DNA from: Eubacteriales bacterium | Lineage (GTDB): Bacteria; Bacillota; Clostridia; Oscillospirales; CAG-272 | DNA length: 36,931 nt | Direction: 5' to 3' | Assembly (NCBI GenBank): GCA_045661285.1 | Contig: JAZRFI010000109.1 | Coordinates: 1-36,931 of the forward strand | In this document: positions 16,902-23,855 of the stretch, one piece after another | How the letters are laid out: every line of letters starts with the position of its first letter | How positions within the stretch are numbered: the stretch's first letter is position 1 | Program-made: the position numbers and the translations under genes | The notes under the pieces: model-generated | The model's input: the letters and a program-made list of their open reading frames with translations, nothing else | Told to the model about the DNA's origin: nothing | The model's database searches: none

Positions 16902-17618
16902 TTAAAGAAGAAATCCCCCGTCGACCGTCAAGACCTGCCCGGTGATAAACGAGGCGTTCTCCCCCGCAAGATACAAAATGGCCTCGGCTACCTCACAGGG
17001 CGTTCCCATACGCCCAAGCGGCGTTTCCTCACAAAGCGCCCTTTTGGCTTCTTCATCAAGACGGCGGTTCATATCGGTATCGATCACACCGGGGGCAACG
17101 CAATTGACCGTGATGCCCGAGGGACCAACCTCCTTGGCGAGCGAGCGCGAAAGACCGATGAGGGCCGCCTTGGTGGCCGAATAATGCACCTCACACGAAG
17201 CGCCCCCCTGCCCCCAGATCGACGAAACATTGATAATACGCCCCGATTTGCGCTTGATCATATCGGGAAGGACCGCCTTGGTATAGTAAAAGGGACCGTT
17301 TACGTTTACGGCGAAAATGCGCGCAAAATCCTCGTCGGTGATGTCGGTAAAAAGAGAAAACGAGGAAATGGCGGCGTTATTGACCAACACGTCAATATGC
17401 GAAAGATAGGCAACGGCCTCGCTGATTGCCGCCCGAACGGCGGAGGAAGACGAGGAATCGGCCTGTATGGCAAGCGCCCCGCACTCCTTGGATAGCTTTT
17501 CGGCTTCTTCGCGGGAATGTAAATAGGTAAAAGCGACCGCGTACCCCGCCTTACTGAAGGCGCGCACCGCCGCCGCCCCGATCCCGCGGGAGCCGCCGTT
17601 GATCAAAACCGTTTTCAT
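16902..17618 (-). CDS. Short-chain dehydrogenase, FabG-like, resembling YmfI (EF-P 5-aminopentanone reductase)
   Basis: GGSRGIG, NNA, SSIWG..GASCEVHYSATK (YmfI-like signature), PG.IDT.M, TGQVL.VDGG. Confidence 0.85.
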   Translation of the reverse strand: MKTVLINGGSRGIGAAAVRAFSKAGYAVAFTYLHSREEAEKLSKECGALAIQADSSSSSAVRAAISEAVAYLSHIDVLVNNAAISSFSLFTDITDEDFARIFAVNVNGPFYYTKAVLPDMIKRKSGRIINVSSIWGQGGASCEVHYSATKAALIGLSRSLAKEVGPSGITVNCVAPGVIDTDMNRRLDEEAKRALCEETPLGRMGTPCEVAEAILYLAGENASFITGQVLTVDGGFLL

Positions 17619-17653
17619 ACTCTGCCCTTTTCTCTTTTCTTATTTTCCTTTTT

Positions 17654-17682
17654 ATCTTACCATATACGCTAAAAAAAGTCAA
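17654..17682 (-). promoter_or_regulatory. sigmaA promoter of the SDR gene
   Basis: Minus strand TTGACT-17-TAAGAT with extended TG. Confidence 0.75.
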
Positions 17683-17760
17683 TTCGCAATTATTCGCGAA
17701 ATGCTTTTCTTTCAAAGAAAAATGTGCTATCATATAGAAAACGACCTTGCGAGGAATTCT

Positions 17761-18441
17761 ATGATCCTATTGATCGACAACACGAAAGCGGCACTTTTGG
17801 ATCTATCCGTGCGCTTTTATCATCTTGGCTTGCCGACGGCGGCGGTGGGCGCACGCGGGGCGCTCCCGTTTCTCAAAGAGCATACGGTCGACGCCGTTCT
17901 TTTACCGAACGCCGATCAAACGGCGGGTGCTTCTTCGCTTTGCCGCCGCATAAGAGAAGCCTTCCCCACCCTCCCTCTCGTCGTAGCACTTCCCAAGGAG
18001 AAGGCCGATGCGCTGGCCGATAAATTTCTCCCCTTCGTTGACAACATTCTTCTTTCACCGGTTGCCCCGATCCACGCCGCCGAAACGGTTTTTGAGATCT
18101 GCCGGCTAAAGGGCGGACGTGACCTTTCCGATCTGCACGCAGGGCCGCTTATTCTTAATCTTCATTTGACGAATTGCTGCATGTATACCGTGCCCGTTAC
18201 GGTATCGATCAACGAGCTTTTGATCCTTCGCTATCTTGGCGAACGCTATCCCGAAGCGGTGCCGACCGAGGAGCTGGCGGCCTTTTGCGGCAATCCCGCG
18301 ACCAAAAGAAAGACGGGAAGCGTACGCATGCATATCTCTTCGGTCAACCGCCTTTCGAAGAAAGCCTTTGGGACGCCGATTATCTTATACCGTCAAGGAA
18401 AGGGCTATACGCTCTCGCCTCTTCTCCCTACGGAAGAATAA
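17761..18441 (+). CDS. OmpR/PhoB-type winged-helix regulator with degenerate (pseudo) receiver domain (probable start ATG 17761)
   Basis: MILLIDN...DAVLLP...LCRRIR...LPLVV...VDNILLSP receiver skeleton; C-terminal E..IL.YL, SVRMHISSVN, RQGKGY; GAGGA SD. Confidence 0.75.
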   Translation: MILLIDNTKAALLDLSVRFYHLGLPTAAVGARGALPFLKEHTVDAVLLPNADQTAGASSLCRRIREAFPTLPLVVALPKEKADALADKFLPFVDNILLSPVAPIHAAETVFEICRLKGGRDLSDLHAGPLILNLHLTNCCMYTVPVTVSINELLILRYLGERYPEAVPTEELAAFCGNPATKRKTGSVRMHISSVNRLSKKAFGTPIILYRQGKGYTLSPLLPTEE

Positions 18442-18542
18442 AAGCATACGGGCAAGAGAACAAGAAACAAGCCACCCCCCTCATATACTGTTTACCGTAC
18501 GGCTTCATCGCCGAAATAGCAGTATACGAAGGGGGCTTTTTT

Positions 18543-19250
18543 ATGGCATACACCTTTTCTTCCTCGGCGTTTCATCTGGTTTCGCTTTTGCTTGGGATCG
18601 GAAGCCCGCAAAGCTTCCCCCCACCCTTGGATATCGCCGAGGAAAAGGAGCTTTTCGTCAAAATGAAAAAGGGGGATGGGGCGGCAAGGCAACGCTTGAT
18701 CGAGCATAATCTGCGCCTTGTTGCCCATATCGTCAGAAAATATTATACATCCTACCAAAATCCGGATGAGCTGGTGTCGATCGGAAGCCTTGGGCTTATC
18801 AAGGCGATTGATTCCTTCAAGCCCGAAAACGGCGCCCGCTTTGCTACCTACGCCGCAAAATGCGTGCAAAACGAGATCCTGATGTTTTTCCGCTCGCAAA
18901 AAAAGCTTTCCTGCGAGGTATCGATCAACGAAACCATCGACGTAGATAGGGACGGCAATCCCCTGACCTACGGCGACGTGATCAGTACCGACGAAAACAT
19001 CACGAAGGATCTTGATATCAAGATCCACGCCGAAAAGGCGTACCGATTGATCGACGAGGTCTTGGACGAGCGCGAAAGACAGGTAATCGTGTTGCGCTAC
19101 GGTCTTTCCAAAAAACCGCCGCTGACCCAACGCGAGGTGGCAAGCGCGATGAGGATCTCTCGCTCCTACGTCAGCCGAATCGAAAAAAAAGCGCTTTTAA
19201 AAATGAAAGAGCATTTTGGAAATTTCATTCCTTCCTTTGAGGACGTATAA
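18543..19250 (+). CDS. sigK: Pro-sigmaK sporulation sigma factor, uninterrupted (start corrected to ATG at 18543)
   Basis: Hydrophobic pro-sequence then SFPPPL, LIEHNLRLVAHIVRKY, SIGSLGLIKAI, ATYAAKCVQNEILM, TQREVA...ISRSYVSRIEKKAL. Confidence 0.93.
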   Translation: MAYTFSSSAFHLVSLLLGIGSPQSFPPPLDIAEEKELFVKMKKGDGAARQRLIEHNLRLVAHIVRKYYTSYQNPDELVSIGSLGLIKAIDSFKPENGARFATYAAKCVQNEILMFFRSQKKLSCEVSINETIDVDRDGNPLTYGDVISTDENITKDLDIKIHAEKAYRLIDEVLDERERQVIVLRYGLSKKPPLTQREVASAMRISRSYVSRIEKKALLKMKEHFGNFIPSFEDV

Positions 19251-19273
19251 AAGCCTCGCCTTTGCGCACAATA
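19245..19273 (+). promoter_or_regulatory. Candidate forespore sigmaG/F promoter for the DUF378 gene
   Basis: GTATA-17-CACAATA, overlapping the sigK stop codon. Confidence 0.55.
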
Positions 19274-19310
19274 GGAATCAGAGCAATTGCTTGAAAGGAG
19301 ATATACCGAA

Positions 19311-19535
19311 ATGGTTATGGATAAGATTGCCCTGATCCTTGCGATCATCGGCGCCCTGAACTGGGGAAGCATCGGGCTTTTTCAATTTGATGCGGTTGCC
19401 TGGATCAGCGGTGGCAGCGCCTCGCTTCTGGCGCGTATCATCTATATCGTCGTCGCGCTTGCGGGACTTTGGTGCATTTCGCTTCTCTTCCGTACGGAGG
19501 ATGAAGAGGCGGTTACGAAAAGCGACCGTCATTAA
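19311..19535 (+). CDS. DUF378 (YuzA-like) small membrane protein
   Basis: MDKIALILAIIGALNWG.IGLF.FD.VA...LARIIYIVV.LAG; GAAAGGAG SD. Confidence 0.9.
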   Translation: MVMDKIALILAIIGALNWGSIGLFQFDAVAWISGGSASLLARIIYIVVALAGLWCISLLFRTEDEEAVTKSDRH

Positions 19536-19540
19536 TTACG

Positions 19541-19581
19541 GAAGAAAAACAGCATAGCTCGCTATGCTGTTTTTTCTTTTT
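19541..19581 (+). terminator. Intrinsic terminator after DUF378
   Basis: AAAAACAGCATAGC-tc-GCTATGCTGTTTTTTCTTTTT. Confidence 0.88.
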
Positions 19582-19711
19582 GTCGCGTAAAGGGGCGTGA
19601 GCATAGAATGAAAACGACCGCATTTTTTTCTTTTTATGACTAAAAAGGGTTGCTTGCGGAAAAAATAACAGCAACCGCAAAGAAAGGATTTCGTTCGCAC
19701 GAAAACGGGTT

Positions 19712-20125
19712 ATGAACGTAAAAAGAGGGGACATATACTACGCTGATCTGAGCCCCGTGGTCGGCAGTGAGCAAGGAGGACTTCGCCCCGTCCTCATCAT
19801 ACAAAACGATATCGGAAACCGATACAGCCCCACCGTGATCGCGGCGGCGATCACCAGCCGTATGGGGAAAAACAAGCTTCCCACCCATATTGAGGTATAC
19901 GCCGGAAAGGTTGGCCTTTCCAAGGATTCGGTTATTCTCTTAGAGCAGATAAGGACGCTGGATAAGCGCCGTCTTCGTGAAAAAATGGGGCATCTTGACG
20001 AGGACGCCATGCAAAAGGTAAACAACGCCATTTCGGTAAGCTTCGGCCTTTCGGCCCCTGCCGCCGTCGATACATCCCCCCGCGCCGATACCGAGACCGG
20101 CGGGGCTCTTCCCGAATTTTTTTGA
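19712..20125 (+). CDS. mazF: MazF/PemK (NdoA/EndoA-type) endoribonuclease with no adjacent antitoxin
   Basis: [38 protein letters not shown]...AITS...KLPTH...[16 protein letters not shown]; catalytic R25 and T48 present. Confidence 0.95.
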   Translation: MNVKRGDIYYADLSPVVGSEQGGLRPVLIIQNDIGNRYSPTVIAAAITSRMGKNKLPTHIEVYAGKVGLSKDSVILLEQIRTLDKRRLREKMGHLDEDAMQKVNNAISVSFGLSAPAAVDTSPRADTETGGALPEFF

Positions 20126-20153
20126 TCGCCGTGAAGTTTCTTTTATCTTGCCC

Positions 20154-20182
20154 TTGATTTTCCTTTTGTTTTGTGTTATAGT
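20154..20182 (+). promoter_or_regulatory. sigmaA promoter of fba
   Basis: TTGATT-17-TATAGT with TGTG extension. Confidence 0.75.
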
Positions 20183-20222
20183 AATGAGTGGAAATTTAGA
20201 ATAAGATAAAAGGAGTATCAAA

Positions 20223-21182
20223 ATGGCACTTGTTACCACCAAGAAAATGTTTGAAGACGCTTATAAGGGCGGCTACGCCATCGGCGCTTTCAACATCAAC
20301 AATATGGAGATCATTCAGGCTATCACAGAAGCGGCCGCGGAAGAAAAGTCTCCGGTTATACTTCAGGTCTCCGCGGGGGCGAGAAAGTACGCAAAGCACG
20401 CCTACCTTATGGCTCTGGCAAAGGCGGCGGTTGAAGACAGCGGGATCGATCTTGCGCTTCATCTTGACCACGGCGCTGATTTCGAGGTATGCAAATCCTG
20501 CATCGACGGGGGCTTTACCTCGGTTATGATCGACGGTTCTCACCATTCCTTCGAGGACAATATCGCCCTCACGAAGAAGGTTGTTGAGTACGCTCACGCC
20601 CACGGCGTCGTAGTCGAGGGTGAGCTTGGGGTTCTTGCCGGCGTTGAAGACGACGTTGTGGCAGAGCATTCCTCCTACACGAAGCCCGAGGAGGTTGAGG
20701 AGTTCGTTTCCCGTACGGGTGTTGACTCGCTCGCTATCTCCATCGGTACCTCTCACGGCGCTTATAAGTTCACCGCGCAGCAGTGCACCAAAAACGAGCA
20801 CGGCGTTCTCGTTCCTCCGCCGCTTCGCTTTGATATTCTTGAGGAAGTCGGCAAAAGACTTCCCGGTTTCCCCATCGTTCTTCACGGCGCTTCCAGCGTT
20901 GCGCACGAGTGCGTATCCGAGATCAACGCGCTCGGCGGTAAGCTCCCCGATGCCGTCGGTATTCCCGAAGAGCAGCTCCGTCGCGCGGCGAAGATGGCCG
21001 TTTGCAAGATCAACATCGACTCGGATATCCGTTTGGCTATGACCGCCGGTATCCGCCGTGTCTTTTCCGACAAGCCCGAAGCCTTCGACCCCAGAGAGTA
21101 TCTTAAGGTCGCAAGAGCCGAGGTCAAGAAGATGGTCACCCACAAGATCCAGAACGTTCTCGGTTCTTCGGGCACCCTTTAA
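20223..21182 (+). CDS. fba: Class II fructose-1,6-bisphosphate aldolase
   Basis: AIGAFN, LHLDHG, SVMIDGS, VEGELG, GTSHGAYK, VLHGAS, KINIDSD, FDPR. Confidence 0.97.
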   Translation: MALVTTKKMFEDAYKGGYAIGAFNINNMEIIQAITEAAAEEKSPVILQVSAGARKYAKHAYLMALAKAAVEDSGIDLALHLDHGADFEVCKSCIDGGFTSVMIDGSHHSFEDNIALTKKVVEYAHAHGVVVEGELGVLAGVEDDVVAEHSSYTKPEEVEEFVSRTGVDSLAISIGTSHGAYKFTAQQCTKNEHGVLVPPPLRFDILEEVGKRLPGFPIVLHGASSVAHECVSEINALGGKLPDAVGIPEEQLRRAAKMAVCKINIDSDIRLAMTAGIRRVFSDKPEAFDPREYLKVARAEVKKMVTHKIQNVLGSSGTL

Positions 21183-21216
21183 TACAGAGCTCTTCTACCC
21201 ACTTCGAAAGTGTTTC

Positions 21217-21251
21217 AAAAAGCCGTTTGCCAAAAAGCAAACGGCTTTTTT
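21217..21251 (+). terminator. Intrinsic terminator after fba
   Basis: AAAAAGCCGTTTGC-caaaaa-GCAAACGGCTTTTTT. Confidence 0.9.
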
Positions 21252-21252
21252 C

Positions 21253-21281
21253 TTCTAAAACGCCTCTTTCCTTCATAAACT
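21253..21281 (+). promoter_or_regulatory. Candidate sigmaE promoter of the S1-domain gene
   Basis: TTCTAAA-14-CATAAACT immediately after the fba terminator. Confidence 0.55.
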
Positions 21282-21317
21282 TTAAGCGTATGAAACAAAA
21301 AAAGAAAGAGGTAAGCG

Positions 21318-22256
21318 ATGAACATCTACACACCCGAAGGAATCCGTATGCAGGAAATCGAAAACCACACGCTTCTCTCCTCCTACGAGGGGCTTGGAAA
21401 GGCGATGGAAAGGGGCATCATTCTCGAAGCTGTTGCGCTTTTATGCGACGGCGAGCTTACGCTTCATTTTGATTTTGGCGGCATCCCGGCCCTTATGAAG
21501 AAGGAAGAGGTGCAATACTGTCGGCGGGGCGAGGCGATCAAGGATATCGCGGTCTTAACGCGTGTTGGGAAACCGGTTTGCTTCAAGGTGGTTGGCTTTT
21601 CGAAGAACGAGGAAGGAAAAACGGTAGCCGTCCTTTCAAGGCGCGCGGCGCAGATCGAATGCTACGATCAGTATATAAGCACGCTCGAAGCGGGGGACAT
21701 CATTCCCTCTCGCATTACGCATATGGAGAATTTCGGGGCTTTCGTGGATATTGGCTGCGGCATTGTTTCGCTTTTATCGATCGATTGCATTTCGGTATCG
21801 CGTATTTCTCACCCAAGCGACCGTTTTTCGGTGGGGGATAAGATCTATACCGTTGTAAAATCGGTGGACGAGGAGGGAAAGATCTACGTGACCCACCGCG
21901 AGCTTCTCGGTACGTGGGAGGAAAACGCCGCAAGCTTTTCCCCCGGGCAAACCGTAACGGGGATCGTACGAAGCGTGGAAAGCTACGGTATTTTCGTTGA
22001 GCTTACCCCCAATTTAGCAGGGCTCGCCGAGGTAAAATCCGAGGTATACGAGGGGGATACGGCGGCGGTCTACATCAAAAGCATTTTGCCCGACAAAATG
22101 AAGATCAAGCTGATCGTTATCGATACGGGAAGCGAGAAAAAGGATAAAGGCTTTACTTATTACGTCGATCCCGAAAAGATTACGCATCTTTCACATTGGA
22201 TCTACTCACCCCCCGGCTGCAGAAAGGAGATCCGCACCGATTTTTCCGAAGCGTAG
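21318..22256 (+). CDS. Tandem S1 RNA-binding domain protein (ribosomal S1-like paralogue, about 3 OB folds)
   Basis: AVLSRRAAQ, ENFGAFVDIGCG...LSIDCISVSRISHPSDRFSVGD, GQTVTGIVRSVESYGIFVEL.PNLAGL. Confidence 0.85.
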   Translation: MNIYTPEGIRMQEIENHTLLSSYEGLGKAMERGIILEAVALLCDGELTLHFDFGGIPALMKKEEVQYCRRGEAIKDIAVLTRVGKPVCFKVVGFSKNEEGKTVAVLSRRAAQIECYDQYISTLEAGDIIPSRITHMENFGAFVDIGCGIVSLLSIDCISVSRISHPSDRFSVGDKIYTVVKSVDEEGKIYVTHRELLGTWEENAASFSPGQTVTGIVRSVESYGIFVELTPNLAGLAEVKSEVYEGDTAAVYIKSILPDKMKIKLIVIDTGSEKKDKGFTYYVDPEKITHLSHWIYSPPGCRKEIRTDFSEA

Positions 22257-22275
22257 GGCGTTTTTCTTCAAAAGG

Positions 22276-22304
22276 TTGATTTTTCCCGCAAGTTGCGGTA
22301 CAAT
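22276..22304 (+). promoter_or_regulatory. sigmaA promoter of nadE
   Basis: TTGATT-17-TACAAT. Confidence 0.7.
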
Positions 22305-22334
22305 AAAGGAAAAGACCAAAAAACGGAGATTTTT

Positions 22335-23066
22335 ATGAAAGACTGCAAAACCGAAATTGAAGCGCGCGTATCTTTTATCCAAAACGCGCTTAAGGAAGCG
22401 CACGCCGAAGGGATCGTATTCGGCAATAGTGGGGGCAAGGACAGCGCCCTCGTCGGTATCCTTTGTAAGCTCGCTTGCCCCAATACGGTGGGGGTCATTC
22501 TTCCCTGCTCCTCAAAGCAAAATTACGGCAGCGACCGCGAGGACGCTTTGGCGCTTGCCGAAAAATTTGATATTGAGACCCGCACGGTCGATCTGACCGA
22601 AACGAGAGAGGCTCTTCTTAGCGCCCTTTCGGGGACCACCGAGCCGAACCGCGCGGCGCTTATCAACATCGCCCCCCGCCTGCGTATGACGACGCTTTAT
22701 ACCATCGGCGCCGCCGAGAATCGCCTCGTTGCCGGAACCGGTAACAAGTGCGAGATCTTTATGGGCTATTTTACGAAATGGGGTGACGGCGGCAGCGACT
22801 TCAATCCCGTGGCCGATCTTTCGGTCAGCGAGATCTACGAGCTTTTGCGCTATCTTGATGCCCCTCTTCGCATCATAGAAAAAGCCCCCTCGGCCGGCCT
22901 TTTCGAGGGCCAGACCGATGAGGCGGATATGGGCGTTAGCTACCAAGAGGTCAGCGATTATATGGAGGGTAAGCCCGTATCGACGGAAGCTGCCGCTATT
23001 ATCGAGCGCTATCACGCAAGAAGCGAGCATAAGCGCCGCCTGCCGAAAACGCTTCTAACCCCTTGA
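22335..23066 (+). CDS. nadE: NH3-dependent NAD+ synthetase (start corrected to ATG at 22335)
   Basis: SGGKDS PP-loop, NIAPRLRM, GTGN..E..MGYFTKWGDG, KAPSAGL..GQTDE, SEHKR. Confidence 0.95.
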   Translation: MKDCKTEIEARVSFIQNALKEAHAEGIVFGNSGGKDSALVGILCKLACPNTVGVILPCSSKQNYGSDREDALALAEKFDIETRTVDLTETREALLSALSGTTEPNRAALINIAPRLRMTTLYTIGAAENRLVAGTGNKCEIFMGYFTKWGDGGSDFNPVADLSVSEIYELLRYLDAPLRIIEKAPSAGLFEGQTDEADMGVSYQEVSDYMEGKPVSTEAAAIIERYHARSEHKRRLPKTLLTP

Positions 23067-23813
23067 TCTTCTGCGTTTTTTCTTGCCGCGACGCATATGA
23101 AGCGGCGTAGCGCCGAGTACCGCAGCCTTCACCCCACGGGCGCCGACCTTCCGCAAGGCGGAAACGGCCGCTAAAAGAGTTGCCCCGCTTGTCGTGATAT
23201 CGTCGAGTATGATCACGCGCTTTCCGTGAAGAAGCACGCCCTCTTTCGGTGTATACACATCCATCATATTCAAAAAGCGTTCTTTCCTTGAAAGGCGCTT
23301 TTGTTCTTTTCCGCCGCGGCGGTCAAGCGTTTTCATAAAGGAGACCGAAAGAAGATTGGCGACCCTTTGGGTAAGCAATTCCATATGGTCAAATCCGTCC
23401 TGCCGTATGGCACGACGTGAGCGCGGCGCAAAGGTTACGACGTATTTATCCTTCTCCTCGGTAAAAAGCGGAGCAAGAGTCTTAGCCATCTCATGGGCGA
23501 AGAAATCAAGGATCATAGGATCCCCCTTGTGCTTTAAGCGGTAAAGCGCGCGATTCGTAACACGCTCGTGCTCGGTTGCGTGATAAAGAAAGCATTTATA
23601 AACCGCCTTTATCCCTTTTTCCTCCAAGGGCTTCTCTACGCAAAGGCAGTCCTTTGCCGCAAGATTACAGATGGGGCAGGCTTCCCCCTGTTCCCGAAGA
23701 TAGGCAAGGCGACATTCTTCGCACATCACCCCGCCCCCGATTGGAAGCGGCGCTTCACACCCCACGCAACGGGGGACGTATAAAAGCGAAAAGAGTTTTT
23801 CAAAAAGCTTCAT
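23055..23813 (-). CDS. comFC: ComF/ComFC-family protein (double zinc ribbon + PRTase fold)
   Basis: CVGC, CEEC, CPIC, C.C; GFDH; ILDDITTSGATL PRPP-binding motif. Confidence 0.88.
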   Translation of the reverse strand: MKLFEKLFSLLYVPRCVGCEAPLPIGGGVMCEECRLAYLREQGEACPICNLAAKDCLCVEKPLEEKGIKAVYKCFLYHATEHERVTNRALYRLKHKGDPMILDFFAHEMAKTLAPLFTEEKDKYVVTFAPRSRRAIRQDGFDHMELLTQRVANLLSVSFMKTLDRRGGKEQKRLSRKERFLNMMDVYTPKEGVLLHGKRVIILDDITTSGATLLAAVSALRKVGARGVKAAVLGATPLHMRRGKKKRRRSRG

Positions 23814-23823
23814 CGTTATATGT

Positions 23824-23852
23824 AAAAGCGGCGAAAGACTTCGCCGCTTTTT
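23824..23852 (-). terminator. Intrinsic terminator after glnS
   Basis: Minus strand AAAAGCGGCGAA-gucu-UUCGCCGCUUUU. Confidence 0.8.
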
Positions 23853-23855
23853 CCT

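Noticed and set aside
17599-17760. N-terminal extension of the regulator ORF (likewise 12028-12096 for spo0A and 22293-22334 for nadE)
   Set aside because: These stretches cover AT-rich promoter DNA; SD-supported ATGs lie downstream.
18174-18542. 123-aa N-terminal extension of SigK (apparent fusion)
   Set aside because: It overlaps the regulator gene in another frame; the SD and pro-sequence fit ATG 18543.
19608-19668. Tiny ORFs upstream of mazF ([21 protein letters not shown]) and the antisense 82-aa ORF as possible antitoxins
   Set aside because: The two small ORFs are 10-11 aa with no RHH or acidic MazE features; the antisense ORF is a shadow of mazF.
20196-21143. 315-aa ORF antisense to fba
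   Set aside because: Same shadow-ORF effect.
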